From positions 147,808,001 through 147,872,000 of the forward strand of contig NC_043000.1 in the NCBI RefSeq assembly GCF_006345805.1: 64,000 nucleotides of DNA, given 5' to 3'. This document shows, piece after piece, positions 37,393-51,575 of this stretch; position 1 is the first letter of the stretch; the number at the start of each line of letters is the position of its first letter. The translations under genes and the position numbers were made by a program. The DNA is from Octopus sinensis (Eukaryota). The notes under the pieces were generated by a model. It was not told the DNA's origin and ran no database searches. It saw nothing but the letters and a program-made list of their open reading frames with translations.

Positions 37393-38443
37393 GTAAGATG
37401 AACATCTTCTTTCTCTGAGATTTATCTTATTTAAATTCTTTATTTTGAATTTAACAAATTTCTCACATCTCATTTCTGATCAAACACTTCATAAGCAAAA
37501 AAAAACCAAAAAAAAAAACCCTTTACCCTACTTTTTAAAACAAAGTGGTATATATTGTTATATGTTATATGTAATCTCTTTAACTGTACAAAGGCACTGC
37601 TTATATCCAGAAAACAATCTTGTGCCTCACCCTCTCTTGAATAGTACACTTTTAAAAGTAGCTGCAAATGCTACAAAATCAACATCTTCAGTGACCTTTA
37701 CTGATTGTCACACATATGTAACATAGCTAGAACTGCTTCCCAAAAATTTCCTTTTCTCTTCTGAACCAGGCATAGACTTTAGTCTTACATTAACTATATT
37801 GATACTGCTTGCAAAATTTACATTTTAAATGAAAGGAAATGTGTAGATAAAATAAAATGAAAGTTGCCATTGGAACTCAAACTCATACCAACTCATTGTT
37901 TCCTTTATAACAACCTCTACTATACTGTATCTTCAACAGAATCCAGCTCTCAGATTAGTATTTTTATACCAAATTGTAGAATTAAAAAAAAAATTGTTGC
38001 ACATTCCCACTTTGTGTCTTATCTGTGTGTTTTAACTTTAATTTAAGAACATCTCAAAAATTTTCCATACTGTATATACAAAAGTGGTATATATAATATA
38101 TATACACTTGCATATGTATGTGTATGTTGCCTTGTCATAACATCATGTGGTGATTTAAATGAGTGTCACTGTCATATAAACAGTGTTGTTTATTTCCAGT
38201 CTTCTGTGAAAACATGTCCAGCCTTGGTAAAATATTACCTTTCTTAGAAGCAGTTGAGAGTTGGTGACAGGAACAGTATCTAACTATAAAATATCTGCCT
38301 GAATGAGTTTCATCTGATCTATGCAAGCAAGCAAAAGTGACCACTAAAATGATGATCATAAACATTTTAAATTCTGAAATGCATCTATGGTATTAGTAAT
38401 TTATTTAATTTTTTTCTTTTTCTGTTTTTTAAAATCTATTTAG

Positions 38444-38623
38444 AAACTCTGGAAGAATAATGATAAACGGCTTCGGTTGAATTTCCTAAATGAGATCTCA
38501 GGTTGTGAGTTCCATTGGGACTTTTTGTTTGAAACAAATCGAGGTGTTAACCAGCTTATGCAGGCTGTACGTGCTCCCTGGGAATCAGAATTTGGAGTGA
38601 ATCTTGAAATCAATGTGCTGTGA
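38444..38623 (+). CDS. STK11IP: STK11IP-like terminal coding exon with TGA
   Basis: Pyrimidine tract + tatttag|; KLWKNNDKRLRLNF...LMQAVRAPWESEFGVNLEINVL*, parallels IREPWEELFSIGL at the STK11IP C-terminus. Confidence 0.92.
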   Translation, partial: KLWKNNDKRLRLNFLNEISGCEFHWDFLFETNRGVNQLMQAVRAPWESEFGVNLEINVL

Positions 38624-40759
38624 GGAATTTGAAGGTAATATAAATATAATTGTATTCTAGTAAGATGATGAGTTTTGCGCAAAATATTAAACTGCATCTA
38701 CCTGTGAACCTCCAGTTCAGAAGTTCAAGAGTTTGAGGTGTGTATAGATGTAGCCCAGGTTCATTCTGGCCTGGAGTGGTAGTACCTGTCAAAGGCTCCA
38801 GTTTTGGGGCATATACCAGAAGATGGTCTTGTGGTTAAGGTACACAGAACTTGGAGGAGGGCTGGTTCCTAAACATATCACATATCCTTACTGGTGTGTG
38901 GACCCTGATGTCATATGAACCAGTTATTGTACCTCCAGAAAGCAGGACACTTGCAGAGTAAACTAAATAAGCCAGCAGAAAACTGCTGCTGTATCGTTCC
39001 TAAGAAAAATCACGAGTCCTTAGGTTCTGACATGGAGATCAATGATTTCCAGCTTCTGTAGGTATGACATATGAAGAAAGGTGAAAGAAAGGTGATAAGA
39101 TGGCAGTTAAATAGAATAATCATAGAGCATTGGATAAAATTTAGTGTAGTATTTGCTTACATCATTTGAAATTACTGAGTTCAAATCCCACTCTAGTTCA
39201 ATTTGCCTTTCATCCATCTGAGGATCATAAATTAAGAACTGGTAGGTTAGTGTAATTGAATGTGCCCAAAGAGTGATGTCCTAGAATGGCCACAGTTTAA
39301 TGAATGAAACTAGATATCAGAATGATCAACCTCTTCTAATTGTTGTTTCTATCATTAGTATTATGAGTACTCAGTAAGCACAAAACATTCAACATTGACT
39401 TTCTGAACACTGATGGTTCAGAATGTTTTATAATCTGCACTAATTTATGAACAGCAATTTCAAATTCTTGCAGTCATCATAATGGTTTATTGTTACTCTG
39501 AACAGTGCAGTATTAATAAAATCAGTAATACAGAAATATTTTGGAACCAGAGATTCTAGAAAATAATGGTTATTCTACATAGGTTATTCTACAATTATTT
39601 GCATTTACACATATATGTTCAACAAATAGAATTTATAAAAAAATATGTTTTGTTCTTTAGCTAACTGTAATAACAAGAAATTTTTCATTTTCCCTTTTCT
39701 CTTTCATATTTTCCAGATATTACTCAAGTTTCATATTAATTTTCCTGGCTCTGTTCAGTGTGAACCATGGTCTTTCAAATCATTTTCATGAAGAATCTAT
39801 TTTTGTAAATCAACTGTAAACACCATCAATATCCAATGTAATATGCCAGTGTGCTTGTAAATACCTTCTATACAATATGAAAAGAGTAAAACGAAAGAAA
39901 AAAACAAAAAATGAAAATTACACACAATATAGATATTTAATGCATGCATCCAACTGTCTGTGTACATAATGCATAAATGTATGATTATATATGTATAAAA
40001 TACATTACATATATTTACATGAAATTTATATATAACACATTAAATATATGTATGTATATATCTGTTTATTTGTTGTTAATAACATTAGTAGTTAAATATT
40101 GCTGTCAAAATCAAAATTAAAAATATGGTATTGTTCTCCACATTTTAAATGCATATTGCAGGAAAATCCCTGCTGGCAACTGCAAATCAGTTAAGATGGT
40201 GTCATGTTAAACAAAACCAACTTCACTTTACATACATTTTCTTGGTCGTTATTTAATTTGAATTGGAATTAATGATATTGTGATTTGGTTGCAAATAGCT
40301 TTGGTTTGTTATTTAGAAGACACAAATAAATTGTGATGCTGTGTTTAAGATTTTCTTTTTATAACCATGTGGTTCTATGTTTGATCTCACTTGATGAAAC
40401 CTTGAGCAAGTGTCTTCTCTCATTGCTGTGGGTTGAACAATGCCTTGTGAGTAATATTTGGTAGCTGGAAACTGTGTGCAAGCTTGTCAAAAATGTGTGT
40501 GTGTGTGCACATGCACATATTGGCAAGGGAATTGCTGCCAATACATAAATATGTCAAACAAAAATATTTTGTGATATTTATTTCTCTTGAGTAACATCCC
40601 TTTATGCTAAGGTGCATCTAGCCATTTAATAAATAAAAATCTATAAAATAATTACAAAAACTACTGGGTATCAATATAATAATCGACTGAAAGATTTAAA
40701 GACAGTGCCCCCGCATGGCTGCTATCCAATGACTGAAGACTGAAAGAAACTATTGGAAG

Positions 40760-40802
<43 letters not shown>

Positions 40803-40805
<3 letters not shown>

Positions 40806-42105
40806 TATCAGTATAACCCAGTTTTGCCCCAGATAAGTTAGAATTATTAAGCTAATCAAGTTCTTTATTTCAAACCAAACATCAACGTTAAATTTTGGCA
40901 AAATCCGTTGAAATTGTTTTATATATATATATATGGGCAACTCACACACACATACACACACGTACGTACACCTATTACATCCATGTTTTTTTGTATGCAT
41001 ACATGTTCATGTGTGTGAGTGTGCGTGTTGCCTGTATATCAACAAAACACTTTTTTCCTTCATGAAAAAAACAACAAAAGTCTTAGCTAAAACTTACTCG
41101 TCACTAGGAAGGGACTTAACTCCTGTTTGCAAACAATGGTGATTTCTCTGACTTGAAAATTTTAAAAGTTTTGGTTGAAAATTTATTTTTACTGCTATTT
41201 GCTGGTGCCTCTGGGAAAAATAAGTTGACAAAAATACAGCTAGGGTCATGACGAATGTCTCCCTAAAATTGGAGCAACATGCGTGCTAATTTATGGACGT
41301 GCATAAATTACATTCATGTACACACACACATATCCTGCCTTTTATATATACAGATATTGTCTGGCCATATCTATCTTTATCTATATACTCTACTGTTCCA
41401 TAACTTAGAGTGTGATTCTTTTTTGGATTGATAATTATTGACAATATATATATATATATATATATATACTATCAGTATAACCCAGTTTTGCCCCAGATAA
41501 GTTAGAATTATTAAGCTAATCAAGTTCTTTATTTCAAACCAAACATCAACGTTAAATTTTGGCAAAATCCGTTGAAATTGTTTTATATATATATATATGG
41601 GCAACTCACACACACATACACACACGTACGTACACCTATTACATCCATGTTTTTTTGTATGCATACATGTTCATGTGTGTGAGTGTGCGTGTTGCCTGTA
41701 TATCAACAAAACACTTTTTTCCTTCATGAAAAAAACAACAAAAGTCTTAGCTAAAACTTACTCGTCACTAGGAAGGGACTTAACTCCTGTTTGCAAACAA
41801 TGGTGATTTCTCTGACTTGAAAATTTTAAAAGTTTTGGTTGAAAATTTATTTTTACTGCTATTTGCTGGTGCCTCTGGGAAAAATAAGTTGACAAAAATA
41901 CAGCTAGGGTCATGACGAATGTCTCCCTAAAATTGGAGCAACATGCGTGCTAATTTATGGACGTGCATAAATTACATTCATGTACACACACACATATCCT
42001 GCCTTTTATATATACAGATATTGTCTGGCCATATCTATCTTTATCTATATACTCTACTGTTCCATAACTTAGAGTGTGATTCTTTTTTGGATTGATAATT
42101 TATTG

Positions 42106-42110
<5 letters not shown>
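40803..42110 (+). repeat. Near-perfect 664-bp tandem duplication of a HINE-like element plus 90 bp of flank
   Basis: 40803-41445 vs 41467-42110 appear identical apart from one indel; junctions lie in (TA)n. Confidence 0.9.
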
Positions 42111-42148
<38 letters not shown>

Positions 42149-42448
42149 TTTCTCATATATATATTCCTTAATTGGAGTGTGAGGGAAATTATTAAAGGAT
42201 ACATTTCCAATAGAGAGTTGAGAAAAAGACAGCACACAAACTTAATTCATAAATTTAGTCACATTAATAAATGAAAGCCTATAAGAAACAAAATGTTAAA
42301 CTTCATAAATTAAGTTAAGAATTTATGGTTATATCTAGATTTTTTTAACTTCAAAATAAAAAGAAAGGCAGAAGAAAATGGTACTCTTCAAGCTTCTGAT
42401 AATAGATTATAATATTATTGTGGTAAGTTTTCATAATTAGTTATTGTT

Positions 42449-43500
42449 AGATGAGCTGGTAGAATTATTAGCACACTGGGCAAAATGCTTTGTGGCATTT
42501 TGTCCATCTTTATGTTCCGAGTTCAAATTCTACCCTGGTCAACTTTGCCTTTCATCCTTTCAGGGTTGATGAAATAAATGCCAGCTACACACTAGGACTG
42601 ATATAATTGACTACTTCCCTCCTCCCCAAAAAATCAGGCCTTGTGTCTATAGTAGAAAGTATTATTATTATTATTATAAATTCCATCATGAAGGCGACAA
42701 AGTGGCAGAATCATTAGAGCTCTGGAAAAATGCTCTGCTCATTTTTCTGAGTTCAAATCCTGCTGAGGTCAACTTTGCCTTCTATCCCTTAGGGGTTGAT
42801 AAAATAAGTATCACTTAAGTATTGGGGACTATGTCATCAACTTGCACCGCCCCTCAAAATTTCTGGCCTTGTGCCTATAGTAGAAATAATTATTACTTTC
42901 ATTACTTTATATTCTGAGTTTAAATCCTGTTAAGATTTAAACTCTACTTTGATTTTCTCATAGTTTTGAAATCAAGAAAGTAGCCATCAAATAATCGACT
43001 GATCTCTTACCCTCAAAATTATTGGTCTTGTATCTAACTAAAAAATCACTACTATTAGTATTAGTACGGGTGGCAGGATCATTTGAGCATTGAATAAAAT
43101 GCCTTGCAGTATTTCATCCAGTTCTTTAGGTTCTGAGTTCAAATTGTACTGAGGTCAACTTTCTCTTTCATCCTTTGGGAGTTGCTTAAATGAATTACTA
43201 ACCAAATACTGAGATCAGTGAACTGACTAAGCCCTTCTTCCAAATTTCTTGCCTTGTGCCTATATTAGTTTCATAAATAGGGCAGCTAGCTGGCAGAATC
43301 ATTACCATGCGAAGCAAAATGCTTAGTGACGTCTCTGGCTTTAGATTCTGAGTTCAAATTCCACTGAGGTCGACTTTGCCCTTTTTTTTCTTTTTCCTTT
43401 GGGATCAATAAAATAAGTATCAGTTGAACCTTGAGGTTGATGTAATTAACTTAACCCCTCCCTTGAAATTGTTGGCTTTGTGCCAAAATTTGAAACCATT
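42449..43500 (+). mobile_element. Head-to-tail array of five old family-B-related SINEs
   Basis: Five recurrences of the ctgagttcaaat...tcaactttgcctttcatcc-like core near 42520, 42750, 42915, 43135 and 43350 (the third is very degenerate). Confidence 0.75.
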
Positions 43501-44293
43501 ATTTTCATAGATAAAAATAGATTATAGAGAAATATTTATTTTTATTTACTTCTTCATTTATTTGATGTAATTAAGCAAACTAGAAAAAAGGTGAACTTGG
43601 TGCCTTAAATCTTTTTAATGGATTTATTACCATGTCATGCACCCACACAAAAACACACACACACATACACACATACACAGGGGAGCAAGATAATGTTTCA
43701 TACCTCTGTATACTTAGCTGTAAGAAAAATGTTAAGTTGGGACTGGTGATGATGAATATATTTCTAGGTAGGGGCTATATTTAAAACCTTCCAAGGGATT
43801 AGCTTTAGAGAAGGATAAGTTCTACCATGTCTTTGCCTTACATACACCACATGAAAATGCTTTGGGTCATGTAACTCTCTCTCTCTCTCTTTCATGAAAG
43901 TAATAATTTTTTCTACTATAGTCACAAAGCCAAAAATTTTGAGGAGCAGAGCAAGTCGCCAATACTTAACTGATATTTATAACTAAGCACACATCTGATG
44001 ATACTAGGGTCCTGACTTCTTTCCTACTTACTAATACTTATCAGTGTGTGAGTGTTTATATCTTTTTGTCTTGATGTTGTGTGATTGTTTCCAATTCATT
44101 TCCAATGTTCTGCGAAAACAGGTCTAGCCATGGGGAAACATTACCTTGCTTGGAAGCGTGTAAGGATTGGTAATAGGAAGATAATCCAGCTGTAAAAAAT
44201 CTGCCTCAATAAATTCTGTCTAACCCATGTCAGCATGGAAAAGTGATGATTAAAACAAACAATGATGATGATGATATCAATAGTATATATATT

Positions 44294-44330
<37 letters not shown>

Positions 44331-44481
44331 GTCTGTCTGTCTGTCCATGGATGATGTCATCCATCCATTGAGTTGTCTATTCAGTTTTTGCAACGCCTCC
44401 TGTGGCTATAGAGACCAATGCGAGAGTGGCAATCTTGTTTGCAGAGGTCACACCTATACGTTATATATATATATATATATA

Positions 44482-44715
44482 CTTTATTTTAAGCAGCAGA
44501 AAATTCAACAAAATCTGTTACTCTGAGTTTCTCGTTGCCGTTCATCAGACAGTTTTTGCTAGAATCTAGCAAAAACTGTCTGATGAACGGCAACGAGAAA
44601 CTCAGAGTAACAGATTTTGTTGAATTTTCTGCTGCTTAAAATAAAGCATATTACTCTACCACTGGTATTTGAGTACTCTTTTTTCCACCTTGTTTCACAT
44701 TTATGTGTTTACTCC

Positions 44716-44718
<3 letters not shown>
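44482..44718 (+). mobile_element. Penelope-like 3' end with inverted truncated copy (perfect palindrome), inserted in (TA)n
   Basis: 82-bp perfect arms 44482-44563 / 44565-44646 with a 1-nt loop. The tail is shared with an inverted relative at 63840-64000. Confidence 0.7.
44571..44618 (+). ncRNA. Minimal type I hammerhead motif (mirror copy on minus strand at 44510-44557)
   Basis: aaaaaCTGT-CTGATGA-ACGGCAACGA-GAAA-CTCAGA-GTA-ACAGatttt; canonical CUGAUGA/GAAA core, near-palindromic helix III. Confidence 0.75.
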
Positions 44719-44763
<45 letters not shown>

Positions 44764-45026
44764 GGAAATGATCTTGTTTGATATGCAGTAAAGGAACATC
44801 ATATGCTAGACATAGAGTAAGATATGAACCCACACAGTGTCACAGAATCACTGGCTGGCTAACAGTGGGGGCAAGCTTTGTGTGTGCCAGAAGCATTGAA
44901 GTAATATGCACAAGGAGTACAAGAGAAATAGACTCTCTTAAATGCCCTGCTGTCTCAGCCAAAGTAGTTGGTCTATGTTAATTAGGTGATATAGTTAGCA
45001 GAGGAGATGGTTGTTCAGAATGTATA

Positions 45027-45191
45027 GGCGCAGGAGTGGCTGTGTGGTAAGTAGCTTGCTAACCAACCACATGGTTCCGGGTTCAGTCCCACTGCGTGGC
45101 ATCTTGGGCAAGTGTCTTCTGCTATAGCCCCGGGCCGACCAATGCCTTGTAAGTGGATTTGGTAGACGGAAACTGAAAGAAGCCTGTCGTA

Positions 45192-45224
<33 letters not shown>

Positions 45225-45441
45225 GCGTGTGTATATGTTTGTGTGTCTGTGTTTGTCCCCCTAGCATTGCTTGACAACCGATGCTGGTGTGTTTACGTCC
45301 CCGTTACTTAGCGGTTCGGCAAAACAGACCGATAGAATAAGTACTGGGCTTACAAAGAATAAGTCCCGGGATCGATTTGCTCGACTAAAGGCGGTGCTCC
45401 AGCATGGCCGCAGTCAAATGACTGAAAAGAGTAAAAGAGTA
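45027..45441 (+). mobile_element. SINE family A
   Basis: Homologous to 3483-3888. Confidence 0.9.
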
Positions 45442-45914
45442 GCCAGGATAAGGATGGATTAGAAATAGTTCAGGTAGCTATTACCTCTATTGACAATAAG
45501 GCTTTCCCTTTCAGCGTGAAAGACAGATTTTTCTAATGCTTGCATGGTAGTGAATGTGGGCCTTGAATCAGACGTGTGAAGGACAGAAAGAAATGAAGCT
45601 GCATGTTCTGTTGGATGGATAATGCTAGTGTACATGAACACTTGGATACAAATGAGCTGAGAGAAAAACTGGATCATCATCATCATCATCATCGTTTAAT
45701 GTCCGCTTTCCATGCTAGCATGGGTTGGACGGTTCAACTAGGGTCTGGCAAGCCCGAAGGCTGCACCAGGCCAGTCAGATCTGGCAGTGTTTCTACAGCT
45801 GGATGCCCTTCCTAACGCCAACCACTCCGAGAGTGTAGTGGGTGATTTTATGTGCCACCAACACAGGTGCCAGACGAGGCTGGCAGACGGCCACGCTCGG
45901 ATGGTGTTTATAAA

Positions 45915-46190
45915 AGAAATTCAGTGTAGTGTACAAGTGAGAACGCTGCATCAGTATGTGCACGTGATGCATATGGAGAATGACTGCTGCATAAAGAAGT
46001 GCTATAAGAAGTTCCAAGTTAATGGAACTTGTGGGAAAGGGAGATCGAGGAAGACTCGGGGATGAAGTGAAGGCTGATCTGAAGATATTGCATCTCACAG
46101 AGAGAATGACAACCATACTGATTGGTGGTATGTGATACTACAGAACACCTGACCACCTGCAGCAAAACCTACTCAAACATGCATTGTATA
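45915..46190 (+). mobile_element. Short RTE 3' fragment
   Basis: HVMHMENDCCIKKC...GTCGKGRSRKT motif. Confidence 0.65.
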
Positions 46191-47269
46191 TCTTCCTAAC
46201 CACCCTCACCTTACATCCTCTGAGCTCCCTCTATTCATTCTTCCACTAGGTCTCTCGATCAAAGATTGTATTGGTTCATACTTGTCCTACATATCATCAT
46301 CATCGTTTAGCGTCCGCTTTCCATGCTAGCATGGGTTGGACGGTTCAACTGGGGTCTGGGAAGCCAGAAGGCTGCATCAAGCCCAGTCTGATCTGGCAGT
46401 GTTTCTATATATATATCATCATCATCATCATCATCATCATTTAGCATCCGCTTTCCATGCTAGCACGGGTTGGACGGTTCAACTGGGGTCTGGGAAGCCA
46501 GAAGGCTGCACCAGGCCCAGTCTGATCTGGCAGTGTTTCTACGGCTGGATGCCCTTCCTAACGCCAACCACTCCGTGAGTGTAGTGGATGCTTTTTACGT
46601 GCCACCCGCACAGTATATATATATGTGTATTTTATGCTTCAGCCCAAAGGGTGTGGCCATGCTGGAGCATATGTATACACACACACATACCCATACATAC
46701 ATGTGTGTGTGTGCATGTCTGTGCGCCATATAGTAGGTAACTTTGGAAATATACTTTTTCCACCAGAGGTAATATCAGGAAATAATTATAATTTAACTTT
46801 TATCAAATTTTTTGGTGCTTATACAATATCCGAAAGGAATATTAATGTTCAAAAGAAAAATATTTATTACTTTAAAATAAAATTAAATAAAACAAATTTC
46901 TCGTTTCTATAACTCCTCTCATAATTAGTCATTTATTTCTTCTTCTTCTTCTCCTCCTCTTCTGTCTCTATTATTCTACCTCTCTTATTCAGTGTGTATA
47001 TGTGTATGTATGGTGTTCCTTTGTTCATTGCCTGCCACCAAGCCTTCTATGTGCATTCATTCTGCACCTCATATGTCAGCTTTCTCTGTATCTCTGTTTT
47101 ACTTTCTCCTCTCTTCACTCTATAGGATGTAAAGTATGATTGGAGAAATCAAGCAACGGATTAACATTTATGTTGGCTATTATATATGTTTATGTATATA
47201 CACGCACACATCTGTATCATTTACATGCACATATCACACACACACTCACACACACACACACACATATGT

Positions 47270-48480
47270 GTAAAGAACTGTACACTTTGTCAACCTGGAG
47301 AAAGCCTTTGACAGTGTTCCTTTCTCTCTGATCTGGTGGTCATTGGTGAAGCTAGGAGTAGATGAATGGCGGCTGAGAGTCATTCAAGCCATGTACAGAC
47401 ATGCTGTTTGTCATATAAATGTTAGCAGAGAGTATGATAGCAAATTTAGTGTGCAAGTAAGAGTTCACTGGGTTCAGCTCTCAGTTTCATCCTACTCATC
47501 ACAGTCCTTCAGACCATAACAGAGGAACTTAAGACTGGGTTCTTGTAGGAGCTCCACTATGCTGATGATTCTGCTCTTATAGCTGAATCTGTCATAGAAT
47601 TAGAAAAATTCCATGCGCAAAAGCGAAACCTGGGATCAGAGGGCCTTAAATTTAACTTACCAAAGTTTTACTTGGCAAGAAAACAGACAGTACACTATTT
47701 CCTTCAGGAAAATGACCATGTTGATAGAGATTTCATATGATGTACCCAGAGCAAATTATAAATACATAAGGTGTGCATGTAGAATCATATGATGGTTGAC
47801 AGAGAAAATAAAGATTGTCTGTGGCAGATGTGCTGGAGTAATAAGCAGTAAGGACATCCAAAAAATAGATTTCTTAAATGCCCATGTGGCTCCTTAGTGG
47901 ATAGTTTCTGTCACCTAGATTGCCTTATTAACTGTGGAGGGGGATGTTCTGAGAGTATAGTTGTTAGAATAGGACTAGTTGGAGAAAGTTCAGAGAGCTA
48001 TTAACTTTGCTAGTAACATAAGGCCTCTCACTCAGAGTGACAGGCAGTTTGTATGATGCTTGTGCATGAATAGCAGTGCTTATATGGTAGTGAAATGTAG
48101 GCCATAAATGCAGAAGACGTGTGAAGACTAGAGATAAATGAAGCTAGCAAACTTCACTGGATGTGCAGCGTTAGTGTGTATGTACAACAAAGTGAAAATG
48201 TGTTGAGAGAAAATTGGGCATAAGAGGCATCAGATGTAGTATGCAAAAGAAAAAATAAATTGCACTGGTATGGTCATGGGATGAGTATGGATGATGACAG
48301 CTGCATAAAGAAGTGATGATTGCTAAATGTGGATGAAACCTGTGGAAGAAGGAAACCCAGGGAAATCAGATGCAAAATAGTGAAGGCTGATTCCAGGTTG
48401 TTGAGCCTCTCAGAGGAGAAGACAAGAGACTGAGATGAATGATTTATCATGCCTTGAGAAAATCCATCCATCTTAGCCAA
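47270..48480 (+). mobile_element. Decayed RTE-clade LINE RT fragment
   Basis: FVNLEKAFDSVP...LGVDEW...HYADDSALIAES, followed by C-terminal RTE motifs. Confidence 0.85.
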
Positions 48481-48950
48481 AAAAATGAGGCCCTGAAAAC
48501 ATATTGTTCATGTCTATGCTACTTGCACTCCATCAGTGCTTGTCAGGCCTTCCCCACTACCTCACTTTGCAACACCTATCCTTCCTTCACTTTCTGACTG
48601 TAGTACTATTTATTCTGCTGCTGTAATTATATGTGAACAGAACCCCACATATTTCATCCCTATTTTTGTGCTACTAGTTATCCCTGATTTGTCACCCATC
48701 CCACATTCTCAACATTTTGTCGATCACATTTATCTGTCCAATTAATATAGACGGACTAAAAACGATGCAAAACCTTGTGGCTTAAATATGCCTTGATAGG
48801 AATTTTACTTGGTGAATATGTTTTTAAACCTGTCTTAACATTCAAAACAATCTTACAGCATTTCCATTTGATTCTGGATAATATAGATGTATTTTCATAG
48901 GTTTAAATGTGATCTTATTTAGCCATGTATCCAAGCCATTATTTAGAAAT

Positions 48951-49332
48951 TGTGTGGTAAGTAGCTTGTTTACCAACCACATGGTTCCAGGTTCAGTCCC
49001 ACTGTGTGGCATCTTGGGCAAATGTCTTCTACTATAGCCTTGGGCCGACCAAAGCCTTGTGAGTGGATTTGGTAGACGGAAACTGAAAGAAGCCCATTGT
49101 ATATATGTGTATGTGTGTGTGTTTGTGTGTCTGTGTCTGTCCCCCTAGCATTGCTTGACAACCGATGCTGGTGTGTTCATGTCCCCGTCACTTAGCGGTT
49201 TGGCAAAAAGAGATCGATAGAATAAATACTGAGCTTACAAAGAATAAGTCCCGGGGTCAAGTTGCTTGATTAAAGGCGGTGCTCCAGCATGGCCGCAGTC
49301 AAATGACTGAAACAAGTAAAAGAGTAAAAGAG
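48951..49332 (+). mobile_element. SINE family A
   Basis: Head slightly truncated. Confidence 0.9.
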
Positions 49333-50317
49333 AGAGAGAATGTCAGATACTAAAGTTTCTGGAACACCATTTCTGGCAGACATAGTTCTTAGTATTTTCC
49401 TGATTCCACTTTTTTTTATTCATAAATCTTATTACTTTTAGTTACCCAGATTTTGTATCCACAAGTATTAAGAGTAGTTTTTAATTCTTGACATAAGTAT
49501 ATATTATTCACTTGCACATGTATCAATGTTTTAATTCTTTAATTGCATAATTAAATTTCATATTTATTCCTGCAATGATATTAAGTATCTACTGAAAACT
49601 AGAATTGGCATTTTCTACAAGTCAAGGTGACTCAATAAACTTGACATATCTCATCATCATCATCATTGTTTAACATCCGCTTTCCATGCTGGCATGGGTT
49701 GGACAGTTTGACTGAGGGCTGGCGAGCCAGAAGGCTAGACCAGGCTCCAATCTGATCTGGCAAAGTTTCTACAGCTGGATGCCCTTCCTAACGCCAACCA
49801 CTCCAAGAGTGTAGTGGGTGCTTTTATGTGCCACTGACACGAGAGCCGGTATGGCATTGGCTACGCTCAGATGGTGCTTTTTATGTGCCACCTGCACACG
49901 AGCCAGTCCAGTGGCACTGGCAACGTCCATGCTCGAGCTCAGTGGCAAATAATTTCCACCATGACAAAAGATAGATTGATGCATAAAACTACTTTCTGCA
50001 GTTAAGAGTAATGAAAATTTTGAGTGGATATATACTGATTTTCACGGTAAAAGGACTAATTTCTTTAGGTCATACTTGCACCATGTGAAGTAATTCTGAA
50101 TTTATTCTAGCATTTACCAAACATCTTCTCACATAAATATTCAACATCTTCAGTTACTTGACCCCTATACTTCTCATTACAACTTATTCCTTGTTCAAAC
50201 ACAATACACATCACCAAAATGCTCCCTAACAGGCTGATGGAACATTATCCCATCATCAACTGTTACTCTAATGAAAAGTGTGCTAAATGGTCCTTTACCA
50301 ATTCAACAATTACTCCA

Positions 50318-50373
<56 letters not shown>

Positions 50374-50692
50374 AATTTCAGTTTAATGTATCCCCATATA
50401 AAATATTACCATTGGCAGTCTTCAACTTTATATTTTTATAATGTCAGTTTCTACCAGGTGATAGTCCAACCATGATAACTGTTTCTGATTGAGATACAAT
50501 GTCTGTAGTTTGAGGCGCAGGGTATTAGTTAGTACCACAAAACCCAGTATTTGACTGATATTTTATTGATCCCTAGTGGGACGAAATCAAAGTTGACCTT
50601 GGTAGAAATTGATCTCAGAACATAAAGTGTTGGAAGAAATACTACAAGAATTTTGTCTGGCTCTCCAATGATTCTGCCAGTTTTCTACTTAA

Positions 50693-50904
50693 CACTCTTG
50701 CTACCATATTTCCATTGAGATGCTCTGTGTTTCTTTCAATTTTAAATATAACAAAGAATTTAATAAATTAACTTAGTTATCATTAATCTAGTGTTAGGAA
50801 CATAAATTGTGACTAAGGTTTGGTGGAAGATTTTAATTCAGAACTTTTGAAAACAAGATATTTGTACTCCAGGGGCAGTTTCAGGCAGATTGGTATCAAA
50901 AGGG
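50693..50904. mobile_element. piggyBac-type MITE, family 2
   Basis: TTAA-flanked; interior aligns with 59445-59664. Confidence 0.75.
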
Positions 50905-51575
50905 TTAATTCTAATTATGATAATGCATCAACATGTTAAATTTCAGATGTCTTTACACAAGATCTTTCAGAATCTGTTGCTCTTCTTCAGTAATACTATC
51001 TTAAAACACATGCAACTATTACTTTCAGTAAACCATAATTTTTGCTAAAAATAAATCCTAACAGCTCTTTTTGTTATTTACATACTTCCTGCGAGTGGTT
51101 CTTGGGTTTTTTTTTCTAGAATTATCCAAATGCACTATCAAGGGGAGATTTATTATTTTTAACCAGCATGGTTATTGTTGTGTCACACTAAGTTTATCTA
51201 AATAAAGTCACAGTCACATGCAGCCTTCTACATGAGGAAGTCTTGTTCAACTGATCAGCCGAGTTCTCTGACATTGAACTACTAGTCACCTTCAGTAATT
51301 TTTATCAACTTGTAAAATACATACACTAATACAACAATATCACCATAAGAATAACACCACAGAAATAATATCAAAGTTTTAATGTTATTCATTTACTAGG
51401 TTTTTTTTCTCTTTTGTAATTGTTCTATTTTTGCCTGTTTTTTTTTTCTTTGAGAAGCTGGGAAATTGAATATTCGTTACTTAATCTGTGTGTGCATATA
51501 TGTGTGTGACCTCGTGTGTACCATTGGCGATTTTTTTCCTCTCTCTTCCCTTCTCTGGATCTTTCTTTCTCCTAT

